Source of the DNA: Chitinophagales bacterium
GTDB taxonomy: Bacteria > Bacteroidota > Bacteroidia > Chitinophagales > CAIOSU01
DNA length: 64,000 bases
Reading direction: 5' to 3'
Assembly (NCBI GenBank): GCA_034440455.1
Contig: JAWXCB010000077.1
Coordinates: forward strand, 33,679-97,678
The translations under genes and the position numbers were made by a program. Of this stretch, positions 1 to 8,155 are shown in pieces. The notes under the pieces were generated by a model. The model was not told the origin of the DNA. It made no database searches and saw nothing but the letters and a program-made list of their open reading frames with translations. How positions within the stretch are numbered: the stretch's first letter is position 1; every line of letters starts with the position of its first letter.

Positions 1-1973
1 TCCCAAATATTCAGCGCATTGGGCGTAGCCATTGAATAGCCGAACTCAAAACCAAGCACGGCAAATTCAGAAAGAAACGAATTGAACACCCTGAACTTAC
101 CTTGCTTTTCATCTAAGTGCATCAGGCGATTGTAAGGGACATTGGTATCCTCATCGCGCAACACCGAGTGACGATGCGAAAATGTTCCGCGCCTCACATC
201 CTGCCCGCTCATACGAATGTCTTTGCCTTCGATTAAAATCGAAGCATACGCGAGCAATTCACCAAGCGCCCAATCCAATCTTCCTTCCTCAATCATTTTA
301 TTCTGCTGCTCCAGAATCTTTTTCACTTTCTCCAGCAGTTTGAGATCTTTCGGACTTGCCATAATGCCTTTCAGCGCTTTGTCCATCACTGCTTTGCTGA
401 TTGATGTGTCAGGCGATTTATCAAAATCTTCGGGCTTTGCTTTCCGCAATGATTTCCATGCTAATTCCGGTTCCTGATATTTGTAAGGCAGCGGCTTTTG
501 CTTCACTTCATTGAGGCGGTCTTGCAGTTGCTGCCAGAATTCCTTGTCCATGTTCTTCGCCATGTCCGATTCAATATTGCCTGCTTCAACTAATTGATTC
601 ACATAAATTTCACGCGGGCTGAGATGCTTGCCTATTATATTATAAAGCATCGGCTGCGTGAAGCGCGGTTCATCGCCTTCATTATGTCCGTATTTGCGAT
701 AGCACACCATATCCACAAATACATCGGAATTGAAATGCTGCCGAAATTCTGTTGCGAGTTCAACGGCATAAATCACCGCTTCCACATCATCGCCATTCAC
801 GTGAAACACGGGTGCCTCCACCATCGCGGCAACACTCGTGCAATAATTAGAAGAACGCGCTTCATCAAAATCAGTTGTAAACCCGATTTGATTGTTAATT
901 ACGAAATGAATCGAGCCGCCTGTTGTGTAGCCCTGCAATTGCGACATCTGCAAGGTTTCATACACAACGCCTTGCCCCGGCAACGAAGCGTCACCATGAA
1001 TGAGAATCGGGAGAATTTTGTCGAAATCGGAATTGTAAACGATGTCAGCTTTTGCGCGCGCAAAACCTTCCACCACAGGATTCACCGCTTCCAGATGCGA
1101 TGGGTTCGGAGCGAGTTTTAAATCAACCACTTTACCCGAAGTAGTTTTTATCTGCGAAGAATAGCCGAGGTGATACTTCACATCGCCATCGCCCATCGTC
1201 ATATCGGGAATGGCATTGCCTTCAAACTCGCTGAAAATCTGCTCGTAGGTTTTACCCATGATATTGGTGAGCACATTCAGTCTGCCGCGATGCGCCATGC
1301 CAATCACCACTTCACGCACATCAAGGTCAGCGCCTTTTTGAATAATCGCATCCAATGCGGGAATCGTTGATTCACCGCCTTCGAGCGAAAATCTTTTCTG
1401 CCCGATATATTTTGTGTGCAGGAATTTTTCCAGCACTGCTGACTGGTTCAGCTTTTCAAGAATGCGTTTTTTCTTTTCGATGGAAAGCTGAAATTCGCCA
1501 CCGTCTTTTTCGATGCGTTCTTTCAGCCAGTTGTATTTATCCGTGTTGTTGATGTAGCCATATTCAAAGCCGATGGAGCGGCAATAAATCTTTTGCAGGT
1601 GTGCGACAATATTTTCAAGCGTGGGATTTTTTAACCCTAACTCTTTGCCGGAGATGAATGTCTTTTTAAGGTGCGATTCATTCAGTCCGAAATTTTTCAA
1701 ATCAATGTTCGCCTTGCGATCAATGCGCTCGCGGATGGGATTGGTTTTTGAAACAAGGTGCGCGCGTGAACGATATGCATCTATCAGCATCCACACTTTC
1801 AACTCATCGGGTGAAACGGATGCGCCATTGGTGGTATGCAGCGAAACGGCAAGGTCAAAGCCTTCAAAAAAACGCTTCCAATCTTCGTCAATGGATTTTG
1901 GATTCTGTTTGAAATCATTATACAGCGACTCGATATAAGCGGGATGGGCATTGGAGATGTAGGTTGCTTCCAT
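1..1973 (-). CDS. sucA: 2-oxoglutarate dehydrogenase E1 component, N-terminal ~657 codons (3' end lies beyond window start)
   Basis: Absent from the ORF track because there is no stop in the window. Manual minus-strand translation from ATG 1973-1971 gives MEATYISNAHPAYIESLYNDFKQNPKSIDEDWKRFFEGF..., VVIGMAHRGRLNVLTNIMGK, ILIHGDASLPGQGVVYETLQMSQLQGYTTGGSIHFVINNQIGFTT, YRKYGHNEGDEPRFTQP. The frame stays open to position 1. The plus-strand ORFs at 217-2021 are antisense shadows. Confidence 0.9.
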   Translation of the reverse strand, partial: MEATYISNAHPAYIESLYNDFKQNPKSIDEDWKRFFEGFDLAVSLHTTNGASVSPDELKVWMLIDAYRSRAHLVSKTNPIRERIDRKANIDLKNFGLNESHLKKTFISGKELGLKNPTLENIVAHLQKIYCRSIGFEYGYINNTDKYNWLKERIEKDGGEFQLSIEKKKRILEKLNQSAVLEKFLHTKYIGQKRFSLEGGESTIPALDAIIQKGADLDVREVVIGMAHRGRLNVLTNIMGKTYEQIFSEFEGNAIPDMTMGDGDVKYHLGYSSQIKTTSGKVVDLKLAPNPSHLEAVNPVVEGFARAKADIVYNSDFDKILPILIHGDASLPGQGVVYETLQMSQLQGYTTGGSIHFVINNQIGFTTDFDEARSSNYCTSVAAMVEAPVFHVNGDDVEAVIYAVELATEFRQHFNSDVFVDMVCYRKYGHNEGDEPRFTQPMLYNIIGKHLSPREIYVNQLVEAGNIESDMAKNMDKEFWQQLQDRLNEVKQKPLPYKYQEPELAWKSLRKAKPEDFDKSPDTSISKAVMDKALKGIMASPKDLKLLEKVKKILEQQNKMIEEGRLDWALGELLAYASILIEGKDIRMSGQDVRRGTFSHRHSVLRDEDTNVPYNRLMHLDEKQGKFRVFNSFLSEFAVLGFEFGYSMATPNALNIW

Positions 1974-2131
1974 GCAGGGATTTTAAGAAAGCAAATATCG
2001 GACTTAGATAATTACGAATGACGCATTAAAAATGACGAATGGCAGCGCATTGTCTGCTTTTGTAATCGCCTGACCAACTGATTTCTTAGACAAGAAATAT
2101 TCACTATGCGTTTCTCGATTTATTGCGAGGA

Positions 2132-2401
2132 CTACGAAAATTTTTTGTAGATGTCTTTCCTGTCGGTAACAAGAATGAATCTCAGAGTTGAATCATCTTC
2201 CAACTCAACGCCAACCCGATACTCTCCAACTCTGATTTTGTAGAAATTTTTGAACCCTTCCATTTTCTTTATACCGGAAAGGTCACGAATTGAGCCGGCT
2301 TGTTCAGCCTCAAGAATAATTTATTCAATTCGTTTTTTGAGCCATTTTATTTTCAGCTTTCTCAGGCTCCTGGAAAATGAAGTATCAAAAACAACCTTCA
2401 T
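2132..2401 (-). pseudogene. RelE/ParE-family toxin interrupted by an in-frame TAA at codon 27
   Basis: Manual translation from ATG 2401-2399: MKVVFDTSFSRSLRKLKIKWLKKRIE, then TAA (2323-2321), then IILEAEQAGSIRDLSGIKKMEGFKNFYKIRVGEYRVGVELEDDSTLRFILVTDRKDIYKKFS, then TAG (2134-2132). The C-terminal half fits the RelE/ParE pattern. The start overlaps the upstream antitoxin stop as ATGA. Confidence 0.7.
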
Positions 2402-2598
2402 TTCGAGCGAAGCTGACGCATGATGGTTTCTCTGCTTACATTTTTTCCGGTCTTTGCTTTCTTCATCATATTGCCAAACCCAAAATCCTCCATTTGTTCT
2501 TCAGTCAATGACGTGACGCTGTCTCCAAGTTTCTTCGCAAGTTCCACAAACAACTTCAAATTATCGCTGGATTTACTTCTTATTACGATTGCTTCCAT
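2398..2598 (-). CDS. putative antitoxin (small protein translationally coupled to the RelE/ParE-like gene)
   Basis: 66-aa ORF MEAIVIRSKSSDNLKLFVELAKKLGD.... Its TGA overlaps the toxin ATG by 4 nt, and its size and position are typical of a type II antitoxin. No specific family recognised. Confidence 0.5.
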   Translation of the reverse strand: MEAIVIRSKSSDNLKLFVELAKKLGDSVTSLTEEQMEDFGFGNMMKKAKTGKNVSRETIMRQLRSK

Positions 2599-2619
2599 GA
2601 GTAGAATTATAACACTAAA

Positions 2620-3999
2620 TTAATTGATTTTCAATTTCAGCCCCGCCACATTCTCAATGTGATACGTTTGTGGGAACATATCCACCGGCTGCACGTTTTT
2701 TATTTCATACTTATCAGCAAGCAATGCTAAATCACGCGCCTGGGTGACGGGATTACAACTTACATACACAATCTTTTCAGGCTCGATTTCCAACAGCGTT
2801 TGAATCAACTTCGGATGCACACCTGCGCGTGGCGGGTCAATAAATAGCACTTCCGGCTTGCCATGTGTGTTCACTAATTCGTTGTTCAAAATATGTATCA
2901 CATCGCCTGCGAAGAACTCGCAATTCTTGATGTTGTTCAGCGCGGCATTCTTCTTTGCATCTTCAACGGCTTCGTTGAGCTGCTCCACCCCGATTACTTT
3001 CTTGCAATGCTTCGCAAGATAAAGCGAGATGCTGCCGATGCCGCAATACAAATCATACACCGTTTCATTGCCTTTCAATTCCGCAAACTCCACTGCTTTA
3101 TCAAACAACCGTTCAGCCTGTTGCACATTCACCTGGAAAAATGATTTCGCCCCGATATGAAAATACAAGTCGCCCAATTTTTCTTTGATGAACTCCTGCC
3201 CGTTGTAGCACACCACCTCTTGGTCAAAAATGGAATCGTTCTGCTTTGCATTGATGACATAATTCAGCGAAGTAATTTCAGGAAAAGTAGTTTTCAAAAA
3301 ATCCATCACCTGCTCCACTTGTTCATTTTTGAAAAAACAAACAATCACCAGCGTTTCACCCAGCGAAGAAGTGCGGATAATCAAATTGCGCAGCACACCT
3401 ACCTGCTTGCGCAAATCAAAAAACGGGATGTTTTCCTTCAAGGCAAAGTCCCGCAGCGCATTCTTTATTTTGTCAGAAGGCTCGCGTTGCAGCCAGCATT
3501 TCTCTACATTAATCACTTTATCAAACAATCCCGGCTTATGAAAACCCAATGCGGGCGTGAATTCCACCCCGCTGTGCATTTCATCCGCAGTAAGCCACCG
3601 CTTATTTGAAAACGTGAACTCCAGCTTGTTGCGATAATACGTTTCGTTTGGGCAACCCAGCACCTGTGGTATCTCTGTCACATCCAACTTGCCGATTCTA
3701 CGGAAAGCATCATCCACAAACTGCCGCTTGAACACCAGTTGCTTTTGGTATGTCACATTCTGCCAGGTACATCCCCCGCACGTTCCGAAGTGATTGCAAA
3801 AAGGTAATTGCCTGTTTTCCGAAGGTTTGTGAATAGCAGTAGTTCTTGCAAACGCAACGCCTTTCTTCTTTTGAAAAATAACCGCGTCAACGACTTCACC
3901 CGGCAGCGCATTTTCCACGAACACCACCTTCCCGTTTTGGCGGGCAACGCCCTTGCCGTGAATCTCTACGTTTTGTATTTCTAAGTTTTCAAGTAACAT
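2620..3999 (-). CDS. rlmD: 23S rRNA (uracil-5-)-methyltransferase, RlmD/RumA family (TRAM domain, Cys cluster, SAM methyltransferase)
   Basis: 459 aa. N-terminal TRAM-like segment (GKGVARQNGKVVFVENALPGEVVD), Cys cluster CNHFGTCGGCTWQN, FFQVN, SAM motif DLYCGIGSISL, and IDPPRAG. Confidence 0.85.
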   Translation of the reverse strand: MLLENLEIQNVEIHGKGVARQNGKVVFVENALPGEVVDAVIFQKKKGVAFARTTAIHKPSENRQLPFCNHFGTCGGCTWQNVTYQKQLVFKRQFVDDAFRRIGKLDVTEIPQVLGCPNETYYRNKLEFTFSNKRWLTADEMHSGVEFTPALGFHKPGLFDKVINVEKCWLQREPSDKIKNALRDFALKENIPFFDLRKQVGVLRNLIIRTSSLGETLVIVCFFKNEQVEQVMDFLKTTFPEITSLNYVINAKQNDSIFDQEVVCYNGQEFIKEKLGDLYFHIGAKSFFQVNVQQAERLFDKAVEFAELKGNETVYDLYCGIGSISLYLAKHCKKVIGVEQLNEAVEDAKKNAALNNIKNCEFFAGDVIHILNNELVNTHGKPEVLFIDPPRAGVHPKLIQTLLEIEPEKIVYVSCNPVTQARDLALLADKYEIKNVQPVDMFPQTYHIENVAGLKLKIN

Positions 4000-4024
4000 C
4001 CTAATAGTGCTTACAAATTAAATT

Positions 4025-4161
4025 CGTCATTGCGAACGGGGAACAAGCAAAGCTATCCGCAACTTAAAGGAGCTATCATCGGGGGATTGCTTCGCAGAGC
4101 CTCGCAATGACGGGTAAAAGTCAAGGATTGCTTCGGTCGCAAAGCCTCCCTCGCAATGACG
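4025..4161. repeat. REP-like intergenic repeat cluster (GTCATTGCGA core)
   Basis: Two direct copies of GGATTGCTTCG..CCTCGCAATGACG (4084-4112 and 4125-4161), plus an inverted partial copy CGTCATTGCGAA (4025-4036) able to pair with either. Related cores occur near 2018-2052 and 56643-56660. Confidence 0.7.
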
Positions 4162-4193
4162 TGCGCAATTTTGTTTTTAAATAACGCATAGTT

Positions 4194-4613
4194 TTGTTTG
4201 CAAAGGTAGAGAACACACTCTGCCATCAGCGAACAAACTTTGATTTTTCACGTAAAAATTTTCGGATAATCGTGCAGATACTTATTGAATCTGACAGCGA
4301 TATTTTGCATATCCACATCAGCGGAGAATTAGATGCCAACTCGTCCATTCAACTGGATGAGGTCATCAAAGATGCCGTGCAGCAGCGCAAAACCCGCATT
4401 CTGGTTGATTGCCGCGAGCTGCGCTACATCTCCTCAGCCGGTGTGGGCGTGTTTCTGTCGCATCTTGATGATGTGCGCAGCCTTGGTGGCAGGTTTGTAT
4501 TTTACAATATGTCATCGGGCGTGTTCAGCATCTTTGAGATACTGGGACTGCACAACATGATTGATATTGTGAAAGAAAAGACCGAGGCTGAGAAAATATT
4601 CGATGAAAGTTAA
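4194..4613 (+). CDS. STAS-domain anti-sigma-factor antagonist (SpoIIAA/RsbV-like); likely true start GTG 4272
   Basis: ISGELDANSSIQLDEVIKDAV...RILVDCRELRYISSAGVGVFL...FEILGLHNMIDI is a typical STAS fold pattern. The track ORF starts at TTG 4194. In-frame GTG 4272 gives a typical ~113-aa protein. Overlaps the downstream kinase-like gene. Confidence 0.75.
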   Translation: MFAKVENTLCHQRTNFDFSRKNFRIIVQILIESDSDILHIHISGELDANSSIQLDEVIKDAVQQRKTRILVDCRELRYISSAGVGVFLSHLDDVRSLGGRFVFYNMSSGVFSIFEILGLHNMIDIVKEKTEAEKIFDES

Positions 4614-5019
4614 CTTAACAACCGTTTGCTCCACCCGCGCACAGGAAGAAATCCGCGCCTTCCTCAACCGCTATTTCAACGACACCGGGCTTTCAGAATC
4701 AGATAAAAACCAACTCATCCTCGTCATTGACGAATCCATCGCCAACGCAATAATCCACGGCAACAATTCAGACGAAAGCAAAACCATCTCGATGGATATT
4801 GATTTTTCCGAAAAGCGCATTGTCATTGAGATTGGCGACATCGGCCTGTTTGACGATGTCCTGCGCAAAGAAAAAGTGGAAAAAGACATCAAAGACATCA
4901 TTAAGGAAAAGCAAAAAGGCGGGTTGGGCTTAAAGCTCGTTTACTCCATCATGGACATCGTCACCTTCTACACCAAAGACGGCAAGAGCTATTGCTACAT
5001 GGTGAAGATGCTGAAGTAA
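4603..5019 (+). CDS. anti-sigma regulatory factor, Ser/Thr kinase-like (RsbW/SpoIIAB-type HATPase)
   Basis: 138 aa with DESIANAIIHGN (N-box), IEIGDIG, and GGLGLKLVYSIMD (G-box). Overlaps the STAS gene by 11 nt. Confidence 0.7.
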   Translation: MKVNLTTVCSTRAQEEIRAFLNRYFNDTGLSESDKNQLILVIDESIANAIIHGNNSDESKTISMDIDFSEKRIVIEIGDIGLFDDVLRKEKVEKDIKDIIKEKQKGGLGLKLVYSIMDIVTFYTKDGKSYCYMVKMLK

Positions 5020-5135
5020 AACTGATTCGGTGATTTGCTTATTCGGTAATTCGATAATTATTTATTATAGAGCATCACTGAATTATCGAATTATTTTGGC
5101 GTGTGCTTTTTTTCATCTGCCTTTGCTATTTTACA

Positions 5136-5348
5136 TCAATTCAAAACGGCATCATTTACTTCTTCCACACAACTTTTTTCAGGATAATGCTTGAACTGTT
5201 CATCTTTTGTGATGACTGTCAGGTTTTCCCTGATAGCCTGCGCGATGATAATTCTGTCAAACGGGTCGCGGTGATGAAAATCCAGCTTGGTATTTTCAAG
5301 GATATGTTCAAGAGATATAGGCTTGATAAAATGGCGTTGACTCCGCAC
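5136..5348 (-). pseudogene. C-terminal fragment of a PIN-domain (VapC-like) toxin
   Basis: The 70-aa ORF contains HHRDPFDRIIIAQAIRENLTVITKDEQF, the C-terminal PIN motif. The N-terminal ~60 aa carrying the first acidic residues are missing, and only ~70 nt separate it from erpA. Confidence 0.55.
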
Positions 5349-5420
5349 CTGAATTTTTATTTGAAACCGGAATTAGAAGTAACGCGCAAAAAAGTAGCGT
5401 AAGTAAAAATCTGCTGAAAG

Positions 5421-5774
5421 CTATGCCGAGAAAGAATCCCCGCAGCCGCAGGTCTTAGTAGCATTGGGATTATTAAAGACGAAGCCGCGCGCATCCAAGC
5501 CGTCTTTATAGTCAATCTCAATTCCCGCGAGATACATCTGATGGGATTTGTTCATAAAGATTTTCAAGCCACTTAAATCAAATTCTTCATCAAGGGCTTC
5601 TTTCTTATCAAAACCGAGAATATAAGAGAAGCCGGAACATCCGCCTCCTTTCACACCCACGCGCAAGCCGTGATCGGCCGGAACATTTTTTTCAGTAATC
5701 AATCGTTTGAATTCGTTCAATGCTATCGGAGTGAGTGAAACGGGAATTTGGTTTGTGGTAATAGTGTTGCTCAT
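5421..5774 (-). CDS. erpA: iron-sulfur cluster insertion/assembly protein, HesB/IscA/ErpA family
   Basis: 117 aa with GGGCSGFSY and the C-terminal CGCGDSF signature. Confidence 0.9.
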   Translation of the reverse strand: MSNTITTNQIPVSLTPIALNEFKRLITEKNVPADHGLRVGVKGGGCSGFSYILGFDKKEALDEEFDLSGLKIFMNKSHQMYLAGIEIDYKDGLDARGFVFNNPNATKTCGCGDSFSA

Positions 5775-5870
5775 AAAAACTCTTTTTTTTCAAATCACAC
5801 AACAAAATTAGCAGAATCAGAGTTTCATTTTACATTTGCCGCACAATGGCAATTCTAAATCCCTATTCCC

Positions 5871-6398
5871 ATGCTTGAGCCTATCCTTGAAATTCTGAAG
5901 TACGTGTTGCCCTCTGTTGTAGTGTTTCTCACTGCATTTTTTGTAACGAAATCATTCTATAATAATGAGTTGAAAAAATTAGAGCAGCAACTGCGCGCGG
6001 AGTCGCGCAAGGATACATTGCCATTGCGCCTGCAAGCGTATGAGCGGCTCGCTGTTTTTTTAGAGCGCATCAGCCCGAACAATCTTATTCCGCGTATGGC
6101 GCAGCCGGGCATGACTGCATTGCTGTTCAGGCAAACATTGATTCAAGGAATCAGAATGGAGTATGAGCACAATATTTCCCAGCAGATTTATGTGTCAACA
6201 AACCTCTGGAGAACAATCAGTTTTGTAAAAGATGAACTAATCAGAGACGTTAACCTGTTATGTGCATCAGTGCCTCCTGATTCACCTGCGATTGAATTAA
6301 GCAAAAGGATTTTAGAGCATTATCTTGAATCGGAACACGCGCTCCCGATGCAACAGGCATTGGATATGGTGAAGCAGGAAGTGAAAAAATTGTTCTAA
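5871..6398 (+). CDS. hypothetical protein with N-terminal TM helix
   Basis: 175-aa ORF with ATG start and one N-terminal hydrophobic helix (VLPSVVVFLTAFFV). No family recognised. Confidence 0.5.
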   Translation: MLEPILEILKYVLPSVVVFLTAFFVTKSFYNNELKKLEQQLRAESRKDTLPLRLQAYERLAVFLERISPNNLIPRMAQPGMTALLFRQTLIQGIRMEYEHNISQQIYVSTNLWRTISFVKDELIRDVNLLCASVPPDSPAIELSKRILEHYLESEHALPMQQALDMVKQEVKKLF

Positions 6399-6407
6399 GT
6401 TTTTCTC

Positions 6408-7154
6408 TTGAAATTTTTCATGCGCTATTTTTTCTTTTTTCTGCTGCCGTTTTTTTTTTCCTGTAGCTCTGAATTTTATCCGCAACAGGCTGAGACTTCC
6501 TATTATAATATTAAAGGCGCAGCCGAAGTTGACACTGCCATTCTGAATTATATTCAGCCTTATCATGATAGTCTTGAAAAAGAGATGAGTGCGGTGATTG
6601 CCATTTCATCTGTCGCGATAGAAAAAGGGAAACCTGAATCATTGATGGGAAATCTTGTGGCTGACTTATTGCTTGAAAGGGGTAGGGCAGAAAATAATGG
6701 CATAGGAGATTTCTGTATCGTGAATTATGGAGGCTTGCGTGTTCCACTGCTTCCTGCCGGCAACATCACGAAAGGAATGATTTTCGAACTCATGCCGTTT
6801 GATAATTTTCTTACAGTGATGGAATTAAAAGGGAATGTTGTGCAACAACTTTTTGATCACATCGCAGCGCAGGGAGGATGGCCCGTAGCGGGGGTTCGTT
6901 TTGAAATTTTTGACGGAAAAGCAAGTGAAATTCAGATTAGTAACAAGCCATTGGAAGAAGAACGTATCTATCAAATAATTATCTCAGATTACCTTGCAGA
7001 TGGTGGAGATAATTTGTTATTCTTGCGTCTTGAAAAGAGGACGAACACGGGAATATTTATTCGGGATGCAATTTTAGAATATCTACAAAAACAAACACAC
7101 GAAGGAAAGCCAATCGCAACGCATCTCGACAACAGGGTAACAATTCATGAATAG
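6408..7154 (+). CDS. 5'-nucleotidase C-terminal (substrate-binding) domain lipoprotein
   Basis: Lipobox-like FFFSCSS. LVADLLL, NYGGLR, FELMPFDN and SDYLADGGD match the 5'-nucleotidase_C domain of the UshA family. Confidence 0.8.
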   Translation: MKFFMRYFFFFLLPFFFSCSSEFYPQQAETSYYNIKGAAEVDTAILNYIQPYHDSLEKEMSAVIAISSVAIEKGKPESLMGNLVADLLLERGRAENNGIGDFCIVNYGGLRVPLLPAGNITKGMIFELMPFDNFLTVMELKGNVVQQLFDHIAAQGGWPVAGVRFEIFDGKASEIQISNKPLEEERIYQIIISDYLADGGDNLLFLRLEKRTNTGIFIRDAILEYLQKQTHEGKPIATHLDNRVTIHE

Positions 7155-8055
7155 AAGGAACTTCATCAATAAATCACTTGCTACATCAGCGCTGCTCGGT
7201 GTGGGAGGTTTTCCGTTTCAGGCATTAGCCGGTGAAACAATGAAGCTCACCATTCTGCACACCAACGACACACATAGCAGAATCGAACCTTTTCCCGCTG
7301 ATTCAAAATTTTCAAATAGAGGCGGAGTGGCAGCGCGCGCTGCGCTCGTGAAAAAAATTCGCAGCGAAGAAAAAAATGTGTTGCTCTTTGACTGTGGCGA
7401 TATTTTTCAGGGCACACCTTACTTTAATTATTATGGCGGCATGCTTGAATTGGAATTGATGAGCAAAATCGGCTATGATGCGGCAACCATCGGCAATCAT
7501 GATTTTGATGCGGGCATCGAAGGATTGAATAAGCAATTTCCGTATGCAAATTTTCCGTTTCTCTCCTTGAATTATGATTTCACCGACACCGCGCTGGAGG
7601 GGAAAACACAACCATATGTAATTTTTGAAAAAGAAAAAATAAAGACCGGGGTTTTCGGTTTGGGCATCGAGTTGGAAGGACTCGTGCCGCTCAAACTTTT
7701 TGGAAAGACGAAATATCTCGAACCGCTAAAAGCAGCGAATGTTCTCGCTAAAAAACTGAAGCGCGAACACGATTGTGATTTTGTTATATGCTTGTCGCAC
7801 TTAGGCTACAAGTATGACACGGCAAAAATTTCAGACGTTGTTCTTGCTGAAAACAGCGAATACATTGACCTCATTCTCGGAGGGCACACACACACTTTTT
7901 TTGACGCGCCCGTGGTGAAGCGCAACAAAAAAAATGTGCCTGTTGCAATCAATCAGGTAGGATGGGGCGGAGTGACACTGGGAAGAATTGATGTGTTTTT
8001 TGACCAAACGAAAAAAAATAAAAACTTTTTTTCGGAGATGGTAAAAATTTTTTAA
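7147..8055 (+). CDS. metallophosphoesterase, 5'-nucleotidase N-terminal catalytic domain, TAT-like signal
   Basis: MNRRNFINKSLATSALLG signal. LTILHTNDTHSRIEPF, FDCGDIFQGTPY, GNHDFD and LGGHTH are calcineurin-like phosphoesterase motifs. Overlaps the upstream gene by 8 nt. Confidence 0.85.
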   Translation: MNRRNFINKSLATSALLGVGGFPFQALAGETMKLTILHTNDTHSRIEPFPADSKFSNRGGVAARAALVKKIRSEEKNVLLFDCGDIFQGTPYFNYYGGMLELELMSKIGYDAATIGNHDFDAGIEGLNKQFPYANFPFLSLNYDFTDTALEGKTQPYVIFEKEKIKTGVFGLGIELEGLVPLKLFGKTKYLEPLKAANVLAKKLKREHDCDFVICLSHLGYKYDTAKISDVVLAENSEYIDLILGGHTHTFFDAPVVKRNKKNVPVAINQVGWGGVTLGRIDVFFDQTKKNKNFFSEMVKIF

Positions 8056-8155
8056 AAAAACAATACGATTCTTGCTTTTTAATTCGATTTGTTTTCACCA
8101 TTTTCGTCTTTCCTCTCTGGCGCTATTGTTTAACTGTTAATTGAGATCTATTCAG

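Noticed and set aside
217-2021. Six plus-strand ORFs of 61-175 aa in the track (217-477, 594-1121, 1170-1370, 1355-1552, 1621-1938, 1836-2021)
   Set aside because: They lie antisense to an uninterrupted minus-strand frame with clear 2-oxoglutarate dehydrogenase E1 motifs. Their translations are low-complexity and rich in His, Arg and Cys, typical of shadow ORFs.
3157-3609. Long antisense ORFs inside annotated genes (for example 3157-3609, 8834-9232, 22097-22456, 37517-37999, 55056-55382, 59070-59435)
   Set aside because: Each lies opposite a longer ORF with clear family motifs. Their translations lack motifs and show the skewed composition expected of antisense frames.
8056-8155. Possible oriC / DnaA-box cluster next to dnaA (also looked at 9608-9653 and 9884-10180)
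   Set aside because: I found no clustered matches to TTATCCACA / TGTGGATAA. Only isolated imperfect resemblances occur (for example TATGTGGTA near 10095), so an origin cannot be supported from this window.
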